From NCBI RefSeq assembly GCF_009914755.1, contig NC_060933.1: DNA of 64,000 bases; one strand, given 5' to 3'. The notes beneath the pieces were generated by a model. The model made no database searches and was not told the DNA's origin. It saw only the letters and a list, made by a program, of their open reading frames with translations. A program made the translations under genes and the position numbers. Below, piece after piece: positions 46,430 to 63,207 of this stretch. The DNA is from the human T2T-CHM13v2.0 reference genome, Homo sapiens. The first letter of the stretch is position 1; the number at the start of each line of letters is the position of its first letter.

Positions 46430-47175
46430 TTCTTTCATTTGCCATATCAAATCCATGAACACCTGCCTTTAAGATGTATCAGATTACTTTTACCTCTTAC
46501 TAGCCATGTCCAGGCAACTGCCAAAGCACTGGATCATTGGAATAGCTTCATAAATGATGACCCTATTTCTCTCACTTTCATTCCTAGAGGCTGTTTTTCA
46601 GCCAGGAGTCAGAATGATTATAAAACATAAATCAAATAATTTCACAGTCTTGCTCATAGCTTTCTAATTGTTCCCCTTCTCAAAGTAAAACCCAAAACCT
46701 TGTCATTGTTTGTGAAAGCAACAATATGGGATCCTTCTCCATACCTCCCCCAATTTATTTTATCACAGCCCTCATTGTTTTGGTCATTCTATCCTTAAGA
46801 GCCTCCTGATATTTCTTGGAAATGCCAAGATTCACCCACCTTAAAAACCACTTTGTTTTTCTGTCTTTGAAAGAGACACGCGCTGTAGATATTTGCTTGC
46901 TACTCTACTTACTTCTAGACATCTCAGCAGAATTCTTTTGAGAGGCAGACAGTCACTCTGGATCTGCATTCAAATTTCACCCTAGAACTTATCCGCATGT
47001 TAATACTGCGTTTCTTTTTTTAATTTTTCACTGCCTTTCTCGCCCAAAAAGAAAGAACGTAAGCTCTTTTAGTCAGGGACAGCTATTTTTTTTTCTGTTT
47101 TCTCTTTTTCTTAACCTGGCATGAAGACACATTTCTGGCATAGAGCAAATGAATAATAAATATTTGTTGAATAAT
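46430..47175 (+). mobile_element. L2 3' region
   Basis: aaaacataaatcaaataatttcac...aaagtaaaacccaaa...ctggcatagag...taaatatttgttgaat, the L2 3' terminus. Confidence 0.65.
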
Positions 47176-47399
47176 CTTGCATAAGTTAATCCTTAATTTG
47201 TCAACTGTTGATTCATTTTGCTCTGAAATCAATGACAATAAAAAAGAATTGTACTTCTATTTTGTACTTTTTTACTCAGAGTAAATATTTATTGAGATTT
47301 AATTTGTGCCCTGTAAACTGCTAAACTCCTAAATCCATTAGGTCTATTTCTCCCATGAGGTAAATATTTGCTCTTCATTGAGGATATAGCCAGCAAGGC

Positions 47400-47870
47400 A
47401 GAAACTAGTCTAGGACTTACAAACAATCTGATTTTATTATGTGGAGCAGGTAACATCAGGGTGAAAATAACTAAGAAACAAAGCAAGGAATAGTGATGAA
47501 AGTATTAGCACTAGCAGAGAACTAATCCTTTCCTCATGATAGTAAGGTCAATGGGAGAAACTAAAGTTCCAGAGATCCAGTAATGAGCCATTTCACAGTA
47601 GAATTACTGCTGGTGAGAAATGGGACCAGGGAGAAATATGACCTCTGATGTAGGTGTCATTAGAAGCAGAGAAAACAAACAAACGAAAACAGAAGTGGCC
47701 CTTCTCCTTGCCTTTTCCTGTCCTTCAATCTTTGGCTTTTGCCTTCCCTTGCCTGAATCTACCCAAAGACTAGATGACAAGGAAGCATGGGAAATGCAGA
47801 TTTCTGTTACAGTGAAAAAATAAAAGAAAACTGCTGAGGAAATTGATCTGAGAGCAAACAAACTTTGATC
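47400..47870 (-). mobile_element. ERVL LTR remnant (LTR33/LTR41-like)
   Basis: gtggcccttctcc...ccttcaatct...cctgaatctacccaaagactagatgacaaggaagcatgggaaatgcag. Confidence 0.45.
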
Positions 47871-47921
47871 AGCATATTAATATTATCATGTCATTTTACA
47901 GATTAAAAAATTCAAGTTCAG

Positions 47922-48214
<293 letters not shown>

Positions 48215-50890
48215 AATTCAAGTTCAGAGAGATGAAACAACTTTTTAAGGCAATCAGACTACAGATCTAACTGTCATTTACACTAAAACATTTTAGGAAA
48301 ACAAAATCATAATGCTTTTGTGGTATTTTGATATTTCAAGAAAAATAGTTATATGTTTCGGTGTGTGGCGTGTGTGTGTGTGTGTATAAAATGATTCTAC
48401 ATTAAATCAAAAATTTAACTTAAAATTTTAAAGATAGAGTAAGGGCTGATAATAGGTTTACCACCAATGCACATTTTCAAGCAGTTAAGTGATTCTAATT
48501 AGTAAGAAAAAAACCTAGCAGTCCGTACCTAGCATATGGGCTGGCATATAGTTGGCACTCAGTGACCGTCTTTTGAAAGTTATTATGCCCTTGAGGCTGT
48601 TACAATTCCAAAATGAGATGGAGCAAAGTTTGTGATAGTTGTGATTTCACTTATAATTCACTTATAGGTGTTGAATTCTCAGTAAGGATAATCCAGGTAT
48701 TTCACTTCCATTTATCCTTTGTAACATTTACTTAATACACACTTTGTGCTCTTATCGAACTTTTCTGTTATATTTTTAAAAGGTTTATTTGCCCTCCAGG
48801 TTAACTGGAGAAATAGTGTTTTATTCAAAGTTATGAAGAAGGACTTCCTCATTCTATTATTTCTACACAAATATTTATTACAAATATATAGATTACTTAA
48901 GTAGCTACTTATCTGATGACTTACAAAATGATTTGAGAACAATTTAAAGTTACGTGGTGTGCTTTCTGTACACATAACCCACATACTAAGTAATTTATAA
49001 AAATCCATAAAATAGGAAATTAACTTAAAGGTCACTAGGCTCTCAGAAGAATAAATGACCTTTGATGCTGGAAATCACTTACTATTTTTTTCAGGTTTTG
49101 CATAATATATTATGTATCACTGTTCTCAAGATATTTCTTATAAAAATTAAAAGAAAACTCACACAGAATGAACTGTTATAAAATATGTAAAATTTTAGAA
49201 ACTCTCATAATTATATGAATACTTAAAGCACTGCTCTGGAAAAATAATTGAAAGATAAAAGGATATTTATCTTAAATGGTAGTAATTTTCATGTTTATTT
49301 AAAATAAGCACAGATAAAATTCTGAAAAAAGAATGATAAAGTGAACTCAGAGTAGAAAAATCCTTTAGTAGTGAAATAACAGGTAAAACAGGACTAAAAT
49401 CTTTTAAATAATGTACTTAACTTACTTAGTTTTGAAAATATCATCATCATGTATAAAAGGCCATTTTATGTCCAGAGCAATGTTGGCCTTGGTCTAAGCC
49501 AAAATTCTTAGTAGAGAGTTTTTAGAGTGTTTGCTGTGGTAACATGTGTTAAACTTTTTTCAATATAGCCAATTCAAAAATTTTAAGTAAAATGTATGTT
49601 AGCTCTATTCTTACCTGCCATGCCTCTCAGATCTTATATCCTTATCTTATAACATCTGGCTGCTCCGTGATGGCCATTAAATCCCTGCTAGGAATTAGGA
49701 ATCCATTCCTGTTTCAGGGTCCTCTTCATCACCTTCAAATTATTTATGTACAGTGTACTTTTGAAGGCTATACACTTTATATTTTTAACATTTAAAAAAC
49801 GAATATTGATGCTATTTATTCACAGCTAAGTATATACACATTTAAATATTAATCCAATATACATGTATTTGGTGCACATTACACGCTGAGTACTTTTCTA
49901 GGCCCTGAGGCTAGAGCTGGGCACAACGGAGACAAGTCCTTGCTTTGTGAAGCAGAAAACAGATGACTTCCAGTAAAGTGCTAAGTTGTGCTTGGGAAAA
50001 ATAAAATTAGAAAAGCAGCTAGAAGGTGTACTGGAGATGACAAGAAACTGAGAAGAGAGGTTGCTGTTATATAGAAAGGGCGGAGAAGGCTTCTAGCAAA
50101 AAGCAGCATTTTACCAGCTATCTGAAGGATATGTGAAGCCCTAAGGTCTTTAATTAGAAATGCTTTACTTGCAAGAGCAACAAAATATAAAATATTGATA
50201 ATTTTGACAACAAATAACTTAGGATTTTCTAAAGAAAAATGACAAACTAGGTTGGCACCATGGTCTCTCACTTGTTATTTATTTTAAGTCTAATTTCTCT
50301 ACTTATATAAAGGATGCAATTTTTGTTTGGTATATGGTTTTACTCAATATATGAAGATATTGAGTAAATATCAATTATTATTACAACTTTTAAAAACAAA
50401 AACAAGGGACAAAAGATGAGATTTGACTAAATCGTGACCATGTTTTCTTAAATGAGTGTTATCGATACACATTTTTTTCCAAATTACTTTAGTAAGTTTT
50501 ATAATTTTAAAACACCTTAATGCATTCTAATTCTCCTCATTTATTGGAGTTAATATTTACTTTAATTAATAAAATTTTAGTCTATTTTTCTCTTTTTCGA
50601 AGACCTTTAAAATATGGATTTCACATTTTCACAAGATAATTTTTAGAATTTTTGTAAATATCCAAATGGGGTGCTTTCCTATTGTTGGGATATTCCCTTT
50701 TACTAATACTGCTTTCATATTCTCCTTTCTGTAATGTATCTTAACTTCTTTTGTTGCAGAGAATGTGAACAATATCTGAAACTATACTATGGCCCTACAA
50801 AAGTTGTCATGTTGTCTATGCTAACTGTTGTGCTAATTTTACTCTTTCGGTAGTGCCTGGTATAAAGTTTGGGTCTATCATGGTGATGTA

Positions 50891-53570
<2,680 letters not shown>

Positions 53571-54240
53571 AATATGTAGAGAATTTTTAAAAATTTTTAG
53601 CATATTTTACAAAACTTATTGCCTTATAAGTACTCACTCAATATTTTATTTAAGGAGTACGTCTTGATTTTTAAGGGGTTCTTAGCTTTATTGGTTATGT
53701 ATTAAATAAAACCTCAGCATTTCAATCATAATGTATAAGAAGTATGTTTATGTCATTATTTTTAAAACATAATTTGAATAAATGTATAATATTCCATGTA
53801 TGCTGTTATCATAACATATTTAAAAATTTTAGCAACATTCAATATCTCTTATTTTATTATCATATTTTAAAAATTAAAGCCTAATGATCACACTTTTTAC
53901 ATAAGCTTTCGTTTGATTTTACTTTCAAAGATTATGGTCAAGTTCTCTCACTATGTAGACTCTTTTTCAATCATATATTTCTAGTTTCATAAATGACACA
54001 GCATGTTTCTTACTTCAAAAATAGCATAAACTTGAAATTAGATTCCTATTTAGGTACATTTGAATAATTTAAAGTAAATGTCTTACATTGCAGAGCTAGA
54101 AAAATGTTTATTTTTTATATTTTGGTTTGCTTTTGGTTCTTTTAGTTCTTTAGTTAGCTTTTTTTTTTAAAAAATAAAACACTTCACAAATATTCTCTCT
54201 AAAATATATGTACAAACTAAATGTGGTTTGCTTTCAGCTA

Positions 54241-54456
54241 CAGTTGACCCTTGAACACATGTGTACACTACGCAGGTCCACTTATATGCATATTATTTTT
54301 TCAACCAAACTCAATAAAAAGTGCGGTGTTTTCTGTAGGGTTGCCTTTTCCTATAAACAGGTTCCACAGGGCCAACTGGGAAACTTGAGTATATGTGGAT
54401 TTTGGTACATGAAGGTGCCCCTGGAATTGATCCCCACCTATATGGAGAGATAACTA
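54241..54456 (-). mobile_element. MER8 (Tigger MITE)
   Basis: TA-flanked cagttgacccttgaaca...ggtccacttata...acttgagtat-tgtggattttggta. Confidence 0.8.
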
Positions 54457-55020
54457 TATGTTGTGTTTGCTAGATTCACCAGCCAGAGATAATATACTGT
54501 TATAGAATGCTTTAGATTTATACAATTACCTAATATATTTGGCACATTTTTATTTATGGCTCACATCAAGTTACATACTCAATACATGTCTGACTTAGCT
54601 TCTTTATCTGTAATCTGAGAATACTCCTTTTCCTGAATACATATCATGATGACAAGGATCTTACAAAACAAATCATGTCAAAGACTAGGCATGTGCTAGT
54701 TAGTTTTAAACATTCTTTAACAAATAATCTCCAGGGGCACTACCTTCAACACTCAATCTTTGAGAAAATCTAGTTTTTAAATGGTCCACATTTTGCATTA
54801 ATTTTTAAAAATGTATTGAAGACCGTAGGAAAGAACTGGAAAGATTTCTGAGACATCTGAAAATAATAGAAAATAATCTATTTTATATCAAGAAACATTG
54901 AACAAAAATGAAACAAATAAAAAAATTCTGTGGAAGAAGAAATTAATTCAACCTCATATATTTCTCAATTTATTCAATGATGAGGTCACTTGATTTACTT
55001 CATGTGTACATTTCAATGAA

Positions 55021-55272
55021 TGACTGCATGTCCAAAATATATTTTATACATTTTTACTGAGATTATTCACACTTCAGTCTTCCTGCTTTGGTACAAAATA
55101 TTTTAGACAAACTATTATACTTGTTCATGTATAACTGTCACTTTAGTGACTGCATGTCCAAAATATATTTTATACATTTTTACTGAGATTATTCACACTT
55201 CAGTCTTCCTGCTTTGGTACAAAATATTTTAGACAAACTATTATACTTGTTCATGTATAACTGTCACTTTAG
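55021..55272. repeat. Perfect 126-bp tandem duplication
   Basis: 55021-55146 is identical to 55147-55272 (tgactgcatgtcc...gtcactttag). Confidence 0.97.
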
Positions 55273-55305
55273 TTATAAAAATGATGCTTAAGTTAAAAAC
55301 AAAAT

Positions 55306-55581
55306 GGCCGGGCGCGGTGGCTCACGCCTGTAATCCCAGCACTTTGGGAGGCCGAGGCGGGTGGATCATGAGGTCAGGAGATCGAGACCATCCTGGCTAA
55401 CAAGGTGAAACCCCGTCTCTACTAAAAATACAAAAAATTAGCCGGGCGTGGTGGCGGGCGGCAGGAGAATGGCGTGAACCCGGGAAGCGGAGCTTGCAGT
55501 GAGCCGAGATTGCGCCACTGCAGTCCGCAGTCCGGCCTGGGCGACAGAGCGAGACTCCGTCTCAAAAAAAAAAAAAAAAAA
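55306..55581 (+). mobile_element. AluYb8 with a 30-bp internal deletion
   Basis: Yb8 diagnostics ctaacaaggtg, gggaagcggag, gattgcgcc and the 7-bp duplication gcagtccgcagtcc. CpGs are largely intact; TSD aaaaacaaaat (55295-55305 and 55582-55592). Confidence 0.93.
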
Positions 55582-56546
55582 AAAAACAAAATAATTTTAA
55601 TAAAGAAGTGTGAGAAGTAATATATAACCTCTGAGTCAGTCAGAATCTAGCAAATCTTTATAGGTCACATACATTAAACATTCTTACATTCACTGTCAGT
55701 GGCTCTAATTAAGAATGATCATATAAAAAGATCTTTTCATTTTTCTTGGCTTTTTCTAGTTTGCCCAAATCGCACCAATTATTTCTTCTATACTGTTGGT
55801 TCATGAGTTCGTGACTGTACATAGTTAGTAATTACTTAAAATCAGATTTTTTTTTTACATTTTACTGAAACATAGTTTAATTCACCTTTGCTTTTCTCCC
55901 ACTAGCTTGATATATTATTGAACTATAATAATTTTAAAAAGAAAAATCACACTATGCCAAAGATAAGGAAACATTTAAATGACAGAACTATTTTGTCTGA
56001 ATAAAGACACAAGATCATATATAGAGAAGAGAAAATGAGCTAATTCATATATTTGGATGATATGAAGTAGATTAAATATTTTATGTTTTTAAATAAGTAA
56101 CATGTTAAGCAAGACAGAAAATTATTTTTAATAAAATAAAAAATATACAAAAGCTTTAAAATTCATGCAAATATCTAAATGAAAGAAGAAATCAGACAAT
56201 GTATATCTTGGCATTGTTCAGTTGGGGATTATTGCTTGGACGATATTTGCTATATTTGTATTTCTCTGTCTTGTTATTTTTTTTTCTATTAGCTGAACAT
56301 AAAAATTTCAAACACGAAACTAAAATAAATGAGTAAAATAACATCATTATGGGCTGACATACTTTTGGTGTGTTAAGGTGTATTACTAATATGATACATA
56401 TTGTAAAAACCATCAATAATAATTTAAAATTATAATATTTAACAATAAAATTACTATGTTTTGTAATTAACTATGCTAACTATATCATTAACTATATTAA
56501 TGACTGATATTGCATAAAAATATATTTGTATAGCAGATAAAAAGAT

Positions 56547-56690
56547 GGGGGAGGGATAGCATTAAGAGAAATATCTAATGTAAATGATGAGTTAATGGGT
56601 GCAGCAAACCAACACGACACATGTATACATATATAACAAACCTGCACATTTTGCACATGTGCCCTAGAACTTAGAGTATAATAAAAAAAA
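56547..56690 (+). mobile_element. L1PA5/6-like 3' terminal fragment
   Basis: gggagggatagcatta...taaatgatgagttaatgggtgcagca...ccctagaactta...poly(A). Confidence 0.85.
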
Positions 56691-57255
56691 GTTGTAAAGA
56701 TAAATTTTGTCTAGAATTCAACTAAGAGGCACCTAGAAATTTTTAAGGATAATTAAAATTCGAAGATGAAATTTGAATGTTAACATAAAGCAAAATAAAA
56801 GAAATGCCAAATACATACAATTTTAAAACTATAACAACTTCAAAATTCAAAAAGAAACTTTTATATTATTATGTTATATAATATTTTTATTTTTAAAGGC
56901 ACTTTTTTCTTGTGATTAAAGGTATGTGTTCTCTTAAAAACATGTATTTCTCTACATTTAAAAAAATGATTTTTTAACTTAAAAAATAAATTATTTTCTT
57001 CCTTTTTCTATTCCTATTTTATTTTTTTAAATTTTTTTAGACTTTTGGCCATTTTTCTTAACTTTATATAGCACTAAAATGACTTATAAAATACTATAAT
57101 TATATAAATTTTGATAGGATGTTAGTGGAAATTTATATGCTATTCTGTTAGTTTATTAAATTAATGTTTATTTTTATACAAACATTAATTATTTTCAAAG
57201 TGGCCACTAAAATGAATAATAAGCAATCATAAAATAATTATACAAAATTATATAG

Positions 57256-57604
<349 letters not shown>

Positions 57605-57729
57605 AGAAATTGTATATTTTTAAATACACTAATAATCTTAATAATGCATCCGGTATATTTATATGAGTTACTGAGAAAGGTGTATTAGAATCACCTTCAA
57701 TAATTTTGGTTTTAAAAATTTATCCAATT

Positions 57730-57888
57730 AAGAGACACTAGACCTTCTTTTTTCTTCCTAGTGAAAATACAATGAGAAGGCAGCTGTCTGCAAGCCAGGA
57801 AGAACTCTTACCAAGAATTGAATCTGCTGGCACCTTTAACTTGGACTTGCCAGCCTGCAGAACTGTGAAAAACAAATGTCTTTTGTGA
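57730..57888 (+). mobile_element. MLT1A-like LTR fragment, cut off at the L1PA16 start
   Basis: gagaaggcagctgtctgcaagccaggaaga...ctgctggcacc...ttggactt-ccagcct-cagaactgtga. Confidence 0.7.
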
Positions 57889-59148
57889 TCAAGTGCCAAG
57901 ATGACTTACTAGAAGCAGCTAGTATGCTCCACTCTCGTGAAAAGGAAATAGACTGGCCAGTAAACACTAGCACTTCAACTGGATCTTCCAAGAGGACATG
58001 TTGGGATTCAGCAAGGAAGCAACAGAAGCCATGGAGAACAAAAACAGCAAGACACAACAGCCACCCACCCAGGACTGGGTGGAGTCAGGGGAGGATCCTT
58101 ACCACAAAGAAATAGTGACTGAGAGAGAGCCCCATGGCCCCATACTTCTGTCACGGACCTTTGTAATCATAGGCACAGGTGATCCACCCTGAGTCCCTCC
58201 CCCTGGGGCCTTCAGACTAACAAGGAGAGCTGCATAGAATCTGGGCAGAGTTCCAGATCAGGCACATGAGAAGTCCCAGGGGTCTTAGACCCCTAAGCAC
58301 CCCAGTGCTAGTTGCCATAGCTTCACCAACAAGAACGCCAAGTTCTCTGCATGCCAAAAGTTAGTGGCTACATTCATGGTTCTGAGGAGCAGAGGGACTT
58401 CATGCCTTGCCTCTGGTTAACCTCTCCAGGCAAGGCACACTGACCTGGAACTCCAGAACAGCCATGAAACACCCATTTGACCTCTTCAACTGGCAGCAGC
58501 TCTGCATTTCTCTGGGATGAAGCTCCCAGATGCAATAGACATATCTGCTGTTTTTGCTGCTATTGCAGCTCCAGCCACTACCCAACTGCCTTCAAGGTCA
58601 GGAGGGAGTGAAGAGTGTTATGACTGTTGTGGGCCTCCAGCACAGGGCAAGCTGCCTTCTGGAAAAGCAGTCATATAGTTTTTAATGTTGGTCATGGCCC
58701 CTTCTACTCCTCACTGGTCAGGGCCTCCTGGCTTGAGCCTCCAGCACAGCCACCTACCTCAGCCTGACAACTTGGGCCAGAAGCAGCATTGCATTTCCCT
58801 GGGACAGAGCTCTCATAGGTATAAGACAGGCCTGCCGTTTTTGCCTGCTATAGCCCCTGCCCATAATGCCCTCAGATCAAGAGATAGCAAAGAGGCTTAA
58901 GGATTATAGCAGGTCTTCAGCTCAGCACATCTGCCTTATGGAGGTGTTGTCAGACTTTTTTCCATGTCTGTCTTTGCTCCTGCTACTTCTCACTGGGTAG
59001 GGCCTCCCGACCTCGGCCCCAGCACAGCTACCCTGCTCCCACTTGAACACTTCAGACAGTGGCACCTGTGCATTTCTCTGGGATAGAATTCCCAGTGACA
59101 ACCCACAGCCCCTCTGCCATTACATACAGTGGTACCACCCTTGCTGCC

Positions 59149-61455
59149 TGATATGGTTTGGCTCTGTGTCCCCATTCAAATCTCATCCTGTAGATCCCAC
59201 AATTCCCATGTTTTGTGGGAGGTACCTGGTGGGAAATGACTGAATAATGGAGATGGGTATTTCCCATGCTGTTCTCGTCATAGTGGATGGGTCTCATGAG
59301 ATCTAATGATTTTAAAAACAGGAGTTTCCTGACACAAGCTCTCTCTTAGCCTGCTGCCATCCATGTAAGATGTGACTTGCTCCTACTTACCTTTCACCAT
59401 GATTGTGAGGCCTTCCCAGCCACGTGGAACTGTAAGTTGATTAAACCTCCTTCTTTTGTAAATTGCCCAGTCTCAGGTCTGTCTATCAGCAGCATGAAAA
59501 TGGAATAATACAGTAAATTGGTACCAGTAGAGTGGGCTCTACTGAAAAGTGCCTGAAAATGTGGAAGCAACTTTAGAACTGGGTAACAGGCAGAGGTTGA
59601 AACAGCTTGGAGCACTCAGAAGGAGACAGGAAAATGTGGCAAAGTTTAGAACCACCTAGAGACTTGTTGAATGGTTTTGCCTAAAATGATGTTACTGATA
59701 CGGACAATGAAATCCAGGATGAGGTGGTCTCCAATGGAGATGAGGATCTTGGGGACTAGAACAAAGGTGACTTTTGTTATGTTTTAGCAAAGAGACTGGT
59801 GGCATTTTGCTCCAGGCCTAGAGATTTGTGGAACTTTGAACTTGAGAAAGATGATTTAGGGTATCTCATGGAAGAAATTTCTAAGCAGCAAAGCATTCAA
59901 GATGTGACCTGGGTGCTGTTAAAGTCACTCAGTTTTATAAAGGAAGTAGAGCATAAAAGTTCAAAAAGTTTGCAGCTTGACAATGTGATAGAAAAGAAAA
60001 TCCCATTTTCTGAGGAGAAATTTAAGTCAGCTGCAGAAATTTGTATAAGTAATGAGGAGATGAATGTTAATCCCCAAGACAATAGGGAAAATGTCTCTAA
60101 GGCATGCCAGAGGTCTTCATGGCAGCCCCTTCCATCACAGGCCTGGTGACCTAGGAGAAAAAAAGTGGTTTTGTGGGCCAGGCCCAAGGTCATCATGCTG
60201 TGAGCAGCCTGGGGACTTGGCACCCTGTGTCCCAGCTGCTCCAGCCATGGCTGAAAGGGGCCAATGTAGACTTTAGGCTGTGGCTTCAGAGGGTACAAGC
60301 CCCAAACCTTGGCAGCTTCCACTTGATGTTGAGCCTGTGAGTGCACAGAAGTCAAAAATGGGGGTTTGGGAATCTCTGCCTAGATTTCAGATGTATGAAA
60401 ATGCCTGGATGTCCAGGAATAAGTTCACTGCAAGGGTGAGGCCCTCATAAAGAACCACTGTTTAGGGCAGTGTGGAAGGGAAATGTGGGGTTGGAGCCCC
60501 CACAGAGAGTCCCTACTGGGGCACTGCCTAATGCAGCTGTGAGAAGAGGGCCACCGTCCTCCAGACCCCAGAATGGTAAATCCACTGACAGCTTGCACCG
60601 TGCACCTAGAGAAGACTAAGACACTCAATGTCACCCTGTGAAAGCAGCCATGAGGGAGGCTGTACCCTACACAGCCACGGGGGAGGAGCTACCCAAGACC
60701 TTGGGAACCCACCTCTTGCATTAGCATGACCTGGATGTGAGACATAGAGTTACTGGGAGATCATTTTGGAGCTTTAAAATTTGACTGTCCCTCTGGATTT
60801 CACACTTGCATGGGGCATGTAGCCCTGTTGTTTTGGCCAATTTCTCCCATTTGGAATGGCTGTATTTACCCAATGCCTGTACCCCCATTGTATCTAGGAA
60901 GTAACTAACTTACTTTTGATTTTACAGGCTCATAAGTGGAAGGGACTTGACTTGTCTCAGATGAGACTTTGGACTGTGGACTTTTGAGTTAATGCTGAAA
61001 TTAGTTAAGGCTTTTTGGGACTGTTGGGAAGGCATGATTGGTTTTGAAATGTGAAGATATGAGATTTGGGAGGGGCCAGGGGTATAATACTATGGTTTGA
61101 CTCTGTGTCCCCACCCAAGTCTCATCTTGTAGTTCCCATAACTTCTACATGTTGTGGGAGGGACCCAGTGGGAAATGATTGAATCATGAGAGTGAGTCTT
61201 CCCCATGCTGTTCTCATGATAGTGAATGGGTCTCATGAAATCTGATGGCTTTAAAAATGGGAATTTCCCCAAACGAGGTCTCTATTTGGCTGCAGTCATC
61301 CATGTAAGATGTGACTTGCTCCTCTTCTTGACTTCTGCCATGAGTTTGAGGCCTCCTCAGCCATGTAGAACTACAAATTGATTAAACCTCTTTCTTTTGT
61401 AAATTGTCCAGTGTCAGGTATGTCTTTATCAGCAGTGTAAAAAAGGACTAAGAAA
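59149..61455 (+). mobile_element. Full-length THE1A/B MaLR (LTR 59149-59512, internal region, LTR 61088-61455)
   Basis: Paired THE1 LTRs around THE1-int (gtaaattggtaccagtagagtggg...); TSD ctgcc/ctccc. Confidence 0.92.
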
Positions 61456-63207
61456 CTCCCCTTGGGCTGGGGAAAGAACAAAATCCTGGTTGCTTCACTA
61501 GCTCCTTCATCATGACACAGCTGCCATATAGCGTAGAGCCCAGTCTCTCTTCCTTGTGAGCTCCCAACTCCTATCCTTCACTAAGCAGAACTCCTTGCTT
61601 GGGCCTGCAGAGTAGCTACCTCACCCAAGCTGAACATTTCTATTGCCAGTGGCTCTGTGTTATCCTGTGATGGAGCTCCCAGAGGCAAATGACAGCCAAC
61701 TGCCACTGCCAATGCAGTGGTACCTGCCCTTGCTGTCTTAGACTGGGAAAGAAATAAAAGAGCCTGAATGCTTTACTCATGCTTCCAGCACACTATGATT
61801 ACCATATGATCACCATATGGCATGGAGCCCAATCTCTATTCTCTGTGAGCCCCTGATCCCCTGCTCTTCACCAGGCAGGGGTCCCAGCAAAGGCTCATAG
61901 TGCAGCAGCCCCACTCCAGGCTGAAAATGCCCAGTGGCAGTGGTTCTGCATTTCTCTGGGGTGGAGATCCCAGAAGCAACTGAAAGTTTTTCTGCAACCG
62001 CTATTCAGCAGTACTGCCCTTGCTGCCCTCCAACTGGGGAGGGAACAAGACCCCAAGTGCTTTACTCACACCTCCAGCACACTGCAGCTACCCTACAGAG
62101 AAGAGATGAATCTGTCTTCTCACAAGCCCTGACACCCTCTGCTCATCACCAGTAGTGTCCCCCAGCTTGGTTCCAAAATGCACAGGCCCCATCAAAGGTT
62201 GACCACTCCATTTGGCAGCATCTCTGCATTTCTGTATGGTGGAGCTGCAAAAGACAAGTGATAGACCTCCACACATTACCACTGCCAAGGTCCTCACCCC
62301 TTTTGTCCCCAAGCTTGTGAGGAAACAAAAACCTTGAGCTCACCCCAGGGCTGTGATGTGCAGCACTGCAGTGACAAGCCAAGCTATGCAGCCAGCATTT
62401 CAGTAGGAGGGAAGCCTACACACACAGAATACTGACACGGAGCATGGCTGCAAATGTGAGAAAATATATATTTGTGTATGAACAAGAGCCTACCTATCAG
62501 CCATTATAGGTAGGTAGGCTGAACAAGAGCCTACCTATCAGCCATTATACCTAAGTGTCATCAGCCAGATTGCAGCAGAAACTTCAACTCTAAAATTACT
62601 TTGCTAATATAAGCCTCTGTGAAACCCAGGACAATAATTCAGCTACTAATAAAGATCATGCAAAAAGGTGCTTTGAAAACATCCAGAAACAAAGTCAACT
62701 GACTATGCTCAAATTATACCACAGTTAAAGAAACACCAGCCCACACAGATGAGAAAAAAGCCAACATAAGAACTCTAGCAACTCAAAAAGTCAGAGTGTC
62801 ACTTTACCTCCAAATGACTGCACTAGTTCTACAGCAATGGTTGTTAAATAGAAGGAAATGGCTGAAATGACAGATATAGAACTGAGAGGTAGAAGGAAAT
62901 GAAGATCATTGAAATTCAGTAGAAAGTTGAACACTATTTCCAAGAATCTGAGGAATCCAGTAAAATGATTAAAGAGAAAAAAATTAGCCATTTGAAAAAA
63001 CAAAACAAGACAAACAAACAAACAAACTAAAACCAAACCTAGCAGGTAGAGTTACAAAATACACTACAAGAATTTCATAAAATGATTGGAAATATTCACA
63101 GCAGAATGGACTAAGCCAAGAAAAGAATCTCAGAGATTGAAGACTGATTATTTAAGTTAACACTGCCAGAAAATAAATAAAGAAAAGAAGAATTTTAAAA
63201 AATGAAA

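Noticed and set aside
59799-60355. Overlapping 116-aa and 152-aa ORFs, and the similar ORF at 37279-37578
   Set aside because: These lie inside THE1/MST internal sequence. Their mutual similarity (PRDLWNFELE...ISKQQSIQ) reflects shared MaLR ancestry, not a gene family.
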